DNA from: the human T2T-CHM13v2.0 reference genome, Homo sapiens
Length of the DNA stretch: 64,000 nucleotides
Direction: 5' to 3' (one strand)
Assembly: GCF_009914755.1 (NCBI RefSeq)
Contig: NC_060936.1
The translations under genes and the position numbers were made by a program. Positions 1 to 12,830 of the stretch are shown here, in pieces (positions within the stretch are counted from its first letter, which is position 1; each line of letters starts with the position of its first letter). The notes under the pieces are model-generated. The model made no database searches. It was not told the origin of the DNA and saw only the letters and a program-made list of their open reading frames with translations.

Positions 1-172
1 ACTTTAATTTAAGCTTTCCTATCCACTGCTTAAAAGCACATTTATAAATTAAGAAGCAAAGAAAGATCGGCCTCTGCCCTATACATGCATGTACTTATAA
101 AATTACATGTATATTACATTGCTGTGCTCCATTTTTGTTGTTTTCCTTCTTCAGTTTACACTTGGATACAAT

Positions 173-362
173 CAGTGGTGTGCTGGTAAACCAATTCTCA
201 GGGTGGGACAAGGCAGAGGGCCTGATTTGTAGTGCTTATTGTTTTCCATGGTATAAATATTCCCACCATGGCCAATTTCAAGCAGTCAGTGGTTTAACAG
301 CAGCTTACAAAATTCCTAAATTCTTCACGATTGGCTAAGGATCCAACTGCAGCACATCATTG
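173..362. mobile_element. hAT DNA transposon fossil, MER63-like
   Basis: Terminal inverted repeats CAGTGGTGTGCTG...CAGCACATCATTG; internal 'tataaatattcccaccatggccaatttcaagc' resembles MER63. Confidence 0.7.
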
Positions 363-409
363 CTACGTTCTATAATTTGGGCCAGAACAGAGGCCTGGAA
401 TAACATTAT

Positions 410-590
410 GGAACTAGAGATAGTCTGGAATTTTAACACTATTCCTGGCACTAATTGGGCTAGGAAAGTCAATTAAGCCTCTGGCCTCTGTCTCAATGTC
501 CTCGTCAGTAAAATAGAGATAATTCTTCGTCTTCCGAGCTCACAGTGCTAGTGTAAAGATGAAATGAGATAGATGTGCAAGTTTCTTCCA
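410..590 (+). mobile_element. MIR SINE fragment
   Basis: Degenerate MIR core 'ctcaatgtcctcgtcagtaaaatagagataat...gatgaaatgagat'; boundaries approximate. Confidence 0.55.
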
Positions 591-1265
591 AAACTGAAAA
601 AAAAAGAAGTGTTCTTTCAAAGCAAGCTGGTTCATTCAGTATATAAATTAAACCCCCAGGGTTTGTGCTGATTTTGATCTGGTTTGCGTTTTAAAACCAC
701 AGCAGCTGGTTTTAATGAAAAGTGATAGCCACAGCATCTCATCTTTTCATGTTTAATTCTTCATGACAATCAAATAAATGCATGGTCTCTCTTTTGTTTT
801 AAAATAGTGATCTGTTAGAATAAGAGAACATTAGAAAAGGGGATAGAAAATGGCAATTTGCTAAATTGAATTTTAAATATAGAAACTTTTTGTCATTTGG
901 CAATCACAGTTTCACTTATCACGGCGGCTCATGTGGCAAATATGGAGGCTTTCAAATACCCAATTTGAGCGATTGCAGTGTATACCATGCAGAGGAAACA
1001 ATTACAAATGTTTGTCTTTTTTTCCATTAGGCTTTTAAGACATACCCAGTTTATACCCATATACACAATTTAAAATAATGATCAACTCTAACTGAAAAAT
1101 TAAGTGTTTTTATTTTTATAAACTGTTAAAGCAACCTAAAAACTAAAGAGACAAAGGTTTTTTTAATCGCTTTTAAGTTTAATGACTCACAAATGCAGTT
1201 AATCACACTAACTACATAATTCTGCTGAAAGTATACACTAAAGCCATCATAATAGCTACCACCTA

Positions 1266-1657
1266 CAGTTGGCTCCTGAACAAGAGGAGGGTGAACTGCA
1301 GAGTCCACTTACAAGCAAATTTTCTTCCACCTCTGCCACCCAGAGACAGCAAAACCGACCCCTCCACTTCTTCTCCCTCAGCCTACTCAACATGAAGACA
1401 AGGATGAAGACCTTCATGATGATCCACTTCTATTTCATGAATAGTGAACATATTTTCTCCTTCTTAAGTATTTTCTCTAGCTTACTTTATTTTAGAATAT
1501 ATAATACATATACAAAATACGTTAATCAACTATTTATATGATCTTAGGTAGACAGTAGGCTATTAGTATATGTTTTAGAGGAGTCAAAGTTATACACAGA
1601 TTTTTGACTGAGTGGGGGTCAGCACCCCAATCCCTGCATTTGCTCAAGGGTCAGCTA
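1266..1657 (+). mobile_element. Tigger2a/MER28 (TcMar-Tigger) non-autonomous element
   Basis: TA-flanked TIRs cagttggctcctgaaca...tgctcaagggtcagcta; internal 'cagcctactcaacatgaagac...gatgatccacttc'. Confidence 0.85.
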
Positions 1658-3394
1658 TATTTGATTTTAAGTAACAGCATCAATTTCCTTATGAAAACAC
1701 TTTTAGTAAGTCGTAGTTACTATAATTTTATCTTTATTTTCTACAGAAAATAAAATTCTTTGGCAATTAGAAGGATACAAATGATAAATTTAAGATCTAA
1801 GTTAAGCGAATGAAAAATGTAACACACTATAATTTTCAAAAAGAAAGGAAATGGAATATATAAAAAATGACTAAGAAGAAATAAACAAGGCTATAAGGTT
1901 AACTCAGCAAATTAAATTTGTATCAGAAGGTTTTAAGATCCTCAAATATAAGTTTTAGATTCCTTTTCTTTACTCTTGCTTGCATCTCATATCAATTTTC
2001 AAATTGGTAGATGAGTATGTAGTCATGACTCAATATTAGAAAACTACTTACCCAATCTTGCTGCCACATAATTAGTAACTCTCTGCATATTTAACTGTCC
2101 TTCAAATGACTTGTGTTCTCAGAAAATATCACAGATTTTTTTATCTACAGAAGTGTGTTTTTGTGTGTTTGGATATGATATTGAAACATCTATGTCTAGG
2201 TTTCAATTTAATTTAATTTATGTCTCCCAGTCTAAGTTACAACCAAGTGGGAGGGGGTATTATCATTACTTAGGATTTTCACTAAAAGATCAGTGAAACT
2301 TAATTTCCACCAATACTTTGTGACATTGTCTAACAATGATTTTGTTTCAAACATTAAAAAAAAAATCTTCTTTAAACCTCTTAAATCATCACACATTTTG
2401 TCTCCTGCAATGTCTTCTAGAGCAATCACGTTTTAATATCTCTTTCCAGTACCATTGGTAAAGACGGCACCATGTATTTTTCTATGCTATTTTTTCAAAT
2501 ATCAATTAACAAAGAATTTGTATGTGTGAATAAACTCAAAAAACTAATAAGGATATTAAGTTCTTGTAACAATAATGTGGTTAATGCCTGTGAAGGTATC
2601 ACAATTTCTAGACCATATAGAAGAACAGTATTTTCTCAACACCAGTATCAATGTAAATGGAGTAGTTTTATGCCTTTAAGTCAACACAATAAAATCACTT
2701 AAAATAGTTAACTTAGTTCCTCTTTCTTTATGACAAAATTCTTAAGCTGTTTATAAATCAGAACATAATTTTGGGAAAAGTCTATGATCAAATCAGAATG
2801 TTGTTTGGTTAACAAGTGGCTGAAGAAAACTACTTATAACAAAATTTAATATGCAACTTTAGAAAGAACTACTTTAGCACTAATTATGTTTGCTATTGTG
2901 ATGGTGTTCATAGGAAGGGCTAATAAAGAAAAGAGGCATAGACATATTCTAATACTACTATTATATTTCCCTCCAGTTCTTGTCTATTCCCTGAGTTGCT
3001 ATGATGACATCATCAGCACACATGTACTACTGGATGCTATACTATACATGGAAATTACTAATATCTCAGTTCAAAATGTTTTGATATTTTACTGACTTGG
3101 GAAACTATGCTAATTTTAAAAAGAATCACTTCTATTTATTGAGTTTTAACTCTGCATCAGGTATCATGCTAAATGCATTCTATTGTCTTAATCTTGACAT
3201 TAGTTTTTGAAGGAAGTACTATTCTTCATTCTCATTTTATAGATGAAGAAATTGAAACAAACAGACTGCCATTTGTGTGGTATTTTGAAGCTTAATAAAA
3301 TCACATAGTACCATGAATGACTGAAAAGTAATGTCTTATTTGCATCTAAGGTAAAATCATAGGCAGAAGTGAACACAAAGGAGAAAGGGAAAGA

Positions 3395-4360
3395 AAACAT
3401 TTAATGAGCCCCCAGTTCATAAGACATTTTACAAATATCACCTCACTTTATCCTTAAAACAACATTATCAGCTAGTTATTGGCTCTATTTTATGGGTGAG
3501 ATGACAGCCTCAAGGCGGTTAAGTCATTTGCCTAAGTGGTAATGATACGGAAGGGAAGGGAGTGGTCCCTTTAAATAATACAGAAGTGGGGAAAGGAAGT
3601 GCTGGGTAGAGGAAGGCGGGGTCACTGGTTAGGGCTCCACCCCCATGGACCTAGATGAGGACAGGCATTTTTGTTTTCCTGCCCAAATGTTGCATTTCCC
3701 AAGACCAGCCTGGCTTGCCACGCCCCCATTTTGTGCCTATAAACACCCTGAGAACCTAGCAGGCAGGCACATAAGCAGCTGGACATTGAGAGGGGCACAT
3801 CGGCAGAGGAACACACCAACAGGCACTAGCATGCTGCAGGCCACTAACCAGCAGAATGACGCGGAATTTGGAGTTTAGCAGGGGCAGCCGGACTCCAGGG
3901 GAAAACCATTCTCCCTTGTGGCTCCCCCATCTGCTGAGAGCTACCTCCACTCAATAAAACCCTGCACTCATTCTCTAAGCCCACGTGTGATCCGATTCTT
4001 CCGATACGCCAAGGCAATAACCCCAGGATACAGAAAACCCCCTGTCCTTGCAATAAGGTAGAGGATCTAATTGAGCTGGTTAACACAAGCTGTCTATAGA
4101 CAGCAAAACTAAAAGAGCACCCTGTAACACTCGCCCACGGGGGCTTCATCTGTAAACATTCACTCCTAGACACTGCTGTGGGATTGGAACCTCACAGCCT
4201 GCCAGTCTGCATGCTCCCCTAGAGGTCTGAGCAGCGGGGCACTGAAGAAACAAGCCACACCGACATTGCATGCCCTGCGAGGGGGACAAAGGAACTTTTC
4301 TTGTTTCAGTAACAGAAGAAGCTAAAATTAGAAGCAGAACTCAAACTCTGATCTGACTGA
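3395..4360 (-). mobile_element. MIR split by the LTR1 insertion (parts about 3395-3542 and 4309-4360)
   Basis: 'ggttaagtcatttgcctaagtg' left of the LTR continues as '...agcagaactcaaactctgatctgact' to its right. Confidence 0.6.
3543..4308 (+). mobile_element. Solo ERV1 LTR, LTR1 family
   Basis: TG...CA ends (tgatacggaaggg...cttgtttca); 4-bp TSD GTAA at 3539-3542 and 4309-4312; TATAAA 3738-3743; AATAAA 3953-3958. Confidence 0.85.
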
Positions 4361-4718
4361 CTTATATCCCTTTTTTTTTTTCAGTAAGTTACACCATTGT
4401 GTGATAGTTTGACCACTGTGTGCTTGCCAAAAGTTTTCAGTTTTATTTGCTCGGATGTGCAATTATATTCTTTATTCTAATCAACTCTTCTTAAAATAAG
4501 GTATTAAAAATGCTAGTTTTTGGAAAGGAAGAGTATTTACTGAGAAAACTAGGATTAAATATATTTTTAATGCTAAATATCCTTTTTCCTAACAGCACCA
4601 CATGCTAAATTAGTACAGCTCAACATACTTTACAAAAGCAAACAGAAAAAGACCTACCAGGGCCTGACATAAACCAGCTGGGTGGGAAGATGGAAAAACA
4701 TACTCTAAAAACATCTTT

Positions 4719-5143
4719 TTTAAAAGTTTTGTTTTGTTTTTAATTGACAAATAATAATTGTATATATTTATAGTGTACAATGTAGTGCTTTGATACATGT
4801 ATAACTATGAAATGATTAAATCAGGCTAATTAGCATATCCAACACCTCAAATATTTATCATTTCTTTGTGGTAAGAACATTTAAAACCCTCTCTGTTAGC
4901 TATTTTGAAATACGCAAAACATTAGTATTAACTATAGTCACTGTGCTGTGCAATTGGTCACCAGAACTTATTTCTCCTAACTGAAACTGTGTACCCATTG
5001 TTAAGTGAAATAAGCCAGGCACAGAGATTTCACTTATACGCAGACTCTAAAAAAGTTGGATTCACGGAAGTAGAAAGTAGGATGGTAGTTAGCAGAGGCT
5101 GGGAGTTGGGGAAGGAGGTGGACCAGGAGAAGAGAAACATTGG
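4719..5143 (-). mobile_element. Short old L1MA 3' end with 5' inversion
   Basis: Minus-strand L1MA 3' terminus 4719-5000 joined to + strand L1MA segment 5001-5143; degenerate TSD taaaaacatcttt / taatatcatcttt. Confidence 0.75.
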
Positions 5144-6488
5144 TAATATCATCTTTAATGAGACTGAAACGCCTGAATTCAAATTTCATTCTGGTGTATT
5201 AAATGGCATCTAAAAATAGTAAATCATAAAACATTACAGGTACAGCAAGAAGAGCTGTAACCCAAGGATGAGATATAATATTTTAATATTTAACCACCCT
5301 GTCACCACATGATTACCTTCCTCTGCATCACCTAGAGCAAAGGACATTAAGCAGCAAACAAAATACTGCAGGTGACTCACTGCATTTCCGTATAGCTCCT
5401 TAAGAGGATCAATCTTTTCTAAAGTGTACAATATATCTTTATAAATGCTTACAACATACGAAGTGGAAAATGGTATCTTTAGGCAACTGCTGTACTGATT
5501 CATCCCACTTTTCTAAATCATAAATACATCTCCCGAATATTACTACAAGTAAAAACTTAATTGTTAAACCACATGGGACTCTTTAAAAAGCATAAGAATT
5601 CTATTTTTTTAAAGGTTAACTAAATCTTTCTAGTGTATTATAATGCACATACTTACACTACCCCCAAACTACTTCTCATATATTTTATTGATAGTCACTA
5701 TTTCTTATCTCAACTTCCTCTCTTCCTGCCTGCCATAATATTCTAACATTGATTGTTTTGATAAGGGAACACAGAGGTATTATATCTTATCAAGGATTAT
5801 CCATTGTTTCAATTTGTCTGCTCTATTTTAGTAATACATGGTTTTACAGATCCAATGGCCAGCAGAATGATTATATGGGGGAATGTAATTGCTTTCTAAC
5901 AGAATACGTTGTATACTTTTCTAGGTATCAGACTGTATCAAGAGCAAAATGCATAACTTTATGTCTATGAAAAGTTCACGACTAAGCAGGTAAGTTAAAA
6001 CCCTCAATTCTTAACTGTTCCTTCTTCCTATTATCCTATGCCTCTTAACATTTTGCCCACAAAGATAAAAATGCACTCTTTTCAAAATAGTATTTTTCAT
6101 TTATCTTCAAGAATAGAGGCAGTCCTAATAGGCTGCTAGAAAGTGATGCAATAAAGAAGAGTCAAGACCAAACAAAAAAGTCAGTTCCACTAACTGTCTA
6201 CACTTGGCTGAATATAAAAAAACAAGCCAGATTGTCAGTAGGTAATCCTACTAAGAAAACAAATCTCTAGCACCTCATCCAACTCACAGAAAAGCTAGGA
6301 CAAACTTTCCTTGAAGCTTCACTGCTTATAAAGAAATTTTAGGGGAAAGAAAAAGCATCTTTAAGAAAAGACCACATTATAGGCAATAGAAGACAGCAAA
6401 GTGTGAAGTTCAAGGGCAACTAGATTAGGGGTGGATCTAGAGGATAAAATCTCCCTGAAAGAATGACTAGACCAAAAAAGGCAAGAGA

Positions 6489-6632
6489 GGCTGGGCACAG
6501 TGATTTACTATGCCTGTAATCCCAACACTTTGGGAAGTCAAGGTGGGGGTATTGCTTGAGGCCAGGAATTCAAGACCAGCCTGGTCAACATAGTAAGGTC
6601 CCATTTCTACCAATAAAAAAAAATTAACAAAA
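6489..6632 (+). mobile_element. FLAM/Alu left monomer
   Basis: ggctgggcacagtg...ccagcctggtcaacatag followed by an A-rich tail, single arm. Confidence 0.85.
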
Positions 6633-7379
6633 AAGAAAGATAATGACTTTTAGAAATATATAGTATAATGGGGCAGAGAGACATCAAAAGGATCATTTAT
6701 AGTACAATGTGGCAAGTAGAAAGACAGTATGCAAGGCCTGCGCCTAGGGCTGGAAGCGGGAGACATTCGGTTCATAACTGCCTTCCTTCACAGGCTGTGA
6801 TGCAGGAGCTGAGTAAGCCAGAAGGCAAAAGAGAAGAGCAAAGGCAGGAGATGGCTTTGGACACTTAGGAAACTGTCAGCAGTTTGGCAGGAAGTTATGA
6901 GGGATGAGGTTGGAGATGAAGTGAGAATCATATCACAGAGGACGAATTACAGATACACCACATTTTTGTGAGACTAAAATTCAGTGTTTACTTATTGAAT
7001 CTATGTAAATGCTATTCACAGTATACTAAGAATACCCTTCCATTTTTATATATTTGTCTTCTGTTTGTTAATAATTATCTTTCCCCCCAACTCTTAGTGA
7101 TCCTATGTCCCCCTCGTTAATTTTATTACTTTACACCACCAGAAGTGGAGCCCTCCTTTCAATACATTGAAGCACCACCCATTCTATCATTACTCTAACA
7201 TTTCTGTCTTTCTGCAGGCTTCTTTCCCAGATATATGACTGCTCCACTCTGAACTGATTACTCTCTAAGGCTCCGAAGAGCTTTCATCACGGGATCCACA
7301 TTCCTCACCACCTTGTGTATCCCCTTCACGTTCCCCCTGTCTTGGAGCCTTACTTCCTGGATCCTGGACCTCCCTCTTT

Positions 7380-8870
7380 CCATGCTTTTACTTTTTTATT
7401 TTGGTAGGGCACATACTTCAGGGACTTCCTAAGAAAGAGCATTAGAAATGTACATTTTTGAAACTGTATATGATGAAAAATGTGTTTATTTTACCTTTAC
7501 ACATGATGGACCGTTTGTCTTGGTTTCAAATTGTAGATTGAAAGAGGTTTGGTTTTTTGTTTTTTTTTTTTTTGCCCCATAATTTTGAAGCCCTTGTGGT
7601 TCTGTCTTCAATGACCCCTGCTGAATGTTAGGGGCCACTCTGACTCCCAATTTTTTGTATAGAGCCTGTCTGTTTTCTTCTGTCTGGAGTCTAGGATCTT
7701 CATTTTTACCCCTGATGTTCTGAAATGTTATGGTGCTATACATTAGTATGGGTGTTTTTTGAAAAATTCAGCATATTGGAAACACAATAGGCCTTTTCAA
7801 ACTTGAAAATCATTTTCCTAAAGTCCGGGAAATTTTCTTTTGCTATTTCTTTGATAGTTTCCTTGCTATATATACTTTTCCTTTTTCTAAAAAATTCAGT
7901 TGCTCAGAGTAGGACCTCCTGGTCTAAGTCTCTACTTTTGTATTTTCTCTTTTGTTTTTCATTTTGTAATTTTTTTTTCTACTTTCTGGGTAGCTTCCTC
8001 TTCTTTATATTCAAAAAACATTTTGAGTTTCTTATTTCTTCTATCAGTTCCATTTTTCAGGAGTACATTTTTAGAACCTAAAGCTTCCTTTTCTTTTAGT
8101 GTCTATACTTATTTTCTGATTACAGTATATTCTCTGATCTTTCTGAGAATATCCATGATAATATTTTTAAGTTTTCTTCTCCCTTCATTGTCTCTTTATG
8201 ACAATTTCCTTGTTTTCGCTAGGTTTGTTTTGGCTTCTGAATTGCTTTAAATATCAGGTGATTACTGGTTATTACTCATATTGAAGATGAAGCCCTAAAA
8301 AGGTGGCAAGAAAGTCAGTGTCCATGGGTGGGGCTTGTGAACAAGTGGGCTTCACTGCACAGAAGTCCTGCTGGCAGACCCCAGCCATCAGTGTCTATCG
8401 GTCTTTTGCATAGATCAGTCAGGTTCTCCAAGGAAGTATCTTCCCATTCCATGTTTAGAGAATGTAAAGCTGACTGCCAAAACTTTGGCAATAAGTGGAA
8501 GAAGTCAGCCAGGGTTGTCTTACTGTTTACTAAGCATTTCATTTCATCTTTCACCCTCTGTCTGTACCTTGGTATCCCCAACCGAGTTCTCTAGTTCACA
8601 TTCTCCACAGAATAAACTACTGGTTTTACTGGAGTGTGAGGAGGCATCTGGGATCCAAGTTCACTTTAAACACATGACTAATAAATCCTACTATTCTTAG
8701 CCTCACTCTCACTGTTGAGTCAGTTGGAGGTTCTGAAATGAAAATAAGGTTGCTTCTCAATGTCTCTCAATAGTAGCTTAGGTTTCAGCATGTAAGGACT
8801 TCTAGGTTAATCACAATTATCCACAGGCTTTATAGAGTCCCTTTGTCTCACTGGCTTTCTGCATTTAAAA
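7380..8870 (-). mobile_element. Ancient HAL1/L1ME-type LINE fragment
   Basis: T-rich degenerate LINE sequence, e.g. 'gggaaattttcttttgctatttctttgat'; explains the F/L/S-rich ORFs; boundaries approximate. Confidence 0.55.
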
Positions 8871-8912
8871 ATCCCTTTACTGTTATTTTATTTGGAGGAA
8901 GTGAAATAAATG

Positions 8913-9299
8913 CATATACCACCATGGAATACTATGCAGCCATAAAAAGGAATGAAAACATGTCCTTTGCAGGGACGTGGATGAAGCTGGAAGCCATCAT
9001 CCTCAGGAAACTAACACAGGAACAGAAAACCAAACACTGCATATTCTCACTCATAACTGAGAGCTGAACAATGAGAACACATGGACACAGGGAGGGGAAA
9101 AAATACACACCAAGGCCTGTCAGATGGAGGTGGGGCAAGAGGAGGGAGAGCATCAGGACAAATAGCTAATGCATGCGGGGCTTAACACCTAGGTGATGGG
9201 TTGACAGGGGCAGCAAACCACAATGGAACACGTATACCTATGTAACAAACCTGCACATTGAGCACATGTATCCCAGAACTTCAAGTAAAATTTTTCAAA
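8913..9299 (+). mobile_element. 5'-truncated L1PA (about PA10-13) 3' end
   Basis: ORF2 C-terminus (TMEYYAAIKRNE...) plus 3'UTR ending 'aacctgcacatt...cccagaactt'; TSD-like aagtgaaataaatg / aaatgaaacaaatg. Confidence 0.9.
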
Positions 9300-10661
9300 A
9301 AATGAAACAAATGTATATGCTTAGTCTGCCATTTTTCTGTAGCATATTTTCATTGTCTAAACATTAAGAAATATTTGTCAATGAAAAACCCAGATGAAAA
9401 ATTCAAGTCACCTCTAATGTGAACTTGAGAGGTTCAGGTGGACTATGAAATATGAGTACAAGTTTATACTAAAAACAAAGGTACCATAACAACCAGAGTG
9501 AAAGTAACACAAAAAAAAATGAAGGAAATTTACATTTGATAAAGTCAGCTGGTATTTTGGTAGTATATGTTTAACTACCTATTGTTATTATAACAACAAA
9601 TTCTGTTTTCAAATCCCAGAGAAAAAACAATACGCTAAAGCATGGACGTGAGGCAATAACCCCAGTTAAATCAGACATTACTGTTCACGAAAAGCTCTTG
9701 CTTTAATTGCTTTTCTAGAAATTAAATCATAACAGAGTTAGGTGCCTAAATAAAACCTGGAATTCATCCTTAGGTAAATAACCACTACTTTATCCATTTT
9801 TATTTATTTTTTCCCAAAGAGAAGCCCATTTAAATTGATACAGCTGGGAACAAATTATTCGTGGACTACTCCAAAACAAAAGCAGAGATATTTGTACATT
9901 AGTTTTAAAATTCAAGTTGCCTATAAAAGTAGTATGAAACTCTCTTCTTGAGAGTTTACCTGCTTACATAGTCATTAAAAAATAAAGGAAGAAAAGTTAA
10001 TTCCAATGGAAAAAATAATTGAGCCTATTATATTTCATATTTAAAAGTCAGTAAATATAAGCTTTGACTGTGAATAGCATTACCTTTGAAAATTGTGAAA
10101 TTATAATAGAAGTTCTCAAAACCAGCAGTAAATTTTTTCATAACCATGAAATCACCCACGAATGAGGTAAATTTAGACATATTTCACTATTTCATTATTG
10201 TAAAAATAATGCTCATTAAGTATTTTATTATGTCAGCCACTGTGCAAGCACTTTACATGCATTATCTTACTTCTTATTAAGAGGTAAAAAGAACTTCTTA
10301 TTCTCATTTTAATGAGAATCTGAGACTTTAAATTAGAGTTATAAGTAAAGGTAATTTGGCCATGACATCAGCAACAAGTTGTGCTTTTAACCACTATTAT
10401 ATACTTTCCTTTTACTAATGATAAATCCAGTATTTTGAAGTTGGCTGGGGAAATGTCAACATGGATTAATTAAAAACTAAAATAACTTTTAAACATGATT
10501 ATTCAAACAAGATTCATTCAACATTAATTGGCACCTGCCAATCTGAGTACTACTTCATTCATTCGCTCATTTAACAAATAATTACTACGTAACCAGAATG
10601 TGCCCATCAGTGCTCTCGCACAGTCCCATACAACTTCCTAGAATAATAGAAATGCACTATA

Positions 10662-10826
10662 TTAGCACTGCTCAATACAGTAGCTGAGCACAAGTGTTGA
10701 GCACTTGAAATGTGGCTAGTGCCACTAAGAAACTGAATTTTAAGTTTTATTACATATAAATTAGTTTACATTTAAATGTTAATAACCACATATAGACTAA
10801 CAGCTACCACACTAGACAGGGTAGCT
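10662..10826. mobile_element. MER3-like hAT-Charlie element
   Basis: 'ttgagcacttgaaatgtggctagt...aactgaattttaagttttat...agctaccacactagacag'. Confidence 0.7.
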
Positions 10827-10921
10827 CTACATATTGAGTGCATGGTTAGCAAAACAGACAGGGTTCCTACCTTCATGGAGCTTACAATCTAGAGGGAGGA
10901 GAGCATGAAATAAGAAAATGA

Positions 10922-11150
10922 GGCAGGGCATGGTGGCCCACACCTATAATCCCAGCACTTTGGGAGGCCGAGGTGGGTGGATCACCTGAGGTCAGGAGTT
11001 TGAGACCAGCCTGGCCAAAATGGCGAAACCCCATCTCTACCAAAAATATAAAAATCAGCCAGACATGGTGGCAGGCACCTGTAATCCCAGCTACTCGGGA
11101 GGCTGAGACAGGAGAATCACTTGAGCCCAGGAGGCGGAGGTTGCAAAAAG
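10922..11150 (+). mobile_element. AluS, 3'-truncated in the right arm
   Basis: Alu consensus up to 'ggcggaggttgca', then an abrupt A-rich end. Confidence 0.9.
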
Positions 11151-11588
11151 AATAAATATGACAACTTCTGTTAATTTATTAAAAAGTAAAAATAAAACAG
11201 ATAGCGTTTATAAGGATACAAACACAGACTGCATCAAACCTAGCTATGAACTTCTCAAAAGTATGGGACTGAGAGATTCATTCTGAAAATGTTCTCTCAG
11301 GATTTCTCTATTTAAAATCCAGGATAATTAGTCTACCTTTAAAACAAAGAATTTATGCATTTATTGAAAGTGTTTTTAATGTTTCAAGACAAGGTGAAAC
11401 AGTACTCTGTTGACAAAAAATATGTAAAAATAATTCTGAATGAGAATGCTATTATTTATTATATTTCAGGTAGCAGTTTGAACATAAGCAAAATAAAAGA
11501 CAGTAGGGATGAAGAAACACAAAAATAAAACAGTAAAATCTATAAAACACTAACTTTAGAGACCTTCCAAGTTTAAGAACATGGACTT

Positions 11589-11961
<373 letters not shown>

Positions 11962-12317
11962 TTACATGTCCACTTTGAGGCCAGTGTCAATCTATAAACC
12001 CCCAAAAATATTTGCCAGGAATTACATTCCTAAACTCGGGCATATGGAATTAAAACCAAGCAGAAACACACCACTTTATAGTGAATTAATAAGTGAAAAA
12101 AGGTGTTTGGATTAGCAGGGAAGGGAGAGTGACCAAAGAACCTTCATGTTCCCGGATCACATTATATAGATTTTTGTTTGGGAATTTCAGATAGATTTGT
12201 TTGGGTAAGTAAGCTATTTTAGGTCAGAAAGAAGAGGAGATTTGAAGAGGGAATTATCGTAAGGCCAGCATTTGCATTTCTTTCTTTCTATTCCCACAGT
12301 TCCCATCTCTAACCAAC

Positions 12318-12435
12318 TGGGAAAATGGCCTATAGACTGAAGAAGGGAAAACTTGAGGGACAAGCACAAACTGATTTGGGAAAATGGCCTATAGACTGAA
12401 GAAGGGAAAACTTGAGGGACAAGCACAAACTGATT
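12318..12435. repeat. Perfect 59-bp tandem duplication
   Basis: tgggaaaatggcc...caagcacaaactgatt at 12318-12376 and 12377-12435, identical. Confidence 0.97.
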
Positions 12436-12639
12436 AAAATGTCTAAATAACCCCCCAAATTAACTCCAGCTCTTGATTAAATAAACTGGATATCACTTAC
12501 ATGGCATAACTGCTGTCCCCCATTCTAAGCCAAATGGTGGTACAAAATCAGGGCATGAAGGAAAACTAAACTATTACAAACTGCCAATAGCAGTGACAGC
12601 AGGAAGAGGAAGAGGCAGAACAGCAGCAGCAGCGGCAAT

Positions 12640-12830
12640 GGCTCACATCTAGAAAACACGGCATAGCAGGCACTGCTTTACATGTGTCATTTTCTTTTAA
12701 TTGTCACAACTGCCTCATGAAGTAGGAACAATTACCATTCCCACTTTACAGATGAATAAGCTAGGTACAGAGTTTAATAACATGTTCACTGTCAAAGAGG
12801 TAATTAATAGTAGATGTGGGATAAAATTCA
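12640..12830 (-). mobile_element. MIR
   Basis: 'gcaggcactgctttacatgtgtcatt...attcccactttacagatgaataagct'. Confidence 0.65.

Noticed and set aside
7803-8250. Hydrophobic ORFs resembling membrane proteins
   Set aside because: By-product of T-rich antisense LINE sequence
12620-12636. CAG run as a polyglutamine exon
   Set aside because: Only about 4 units, adjoining a MIR end, with no exon context
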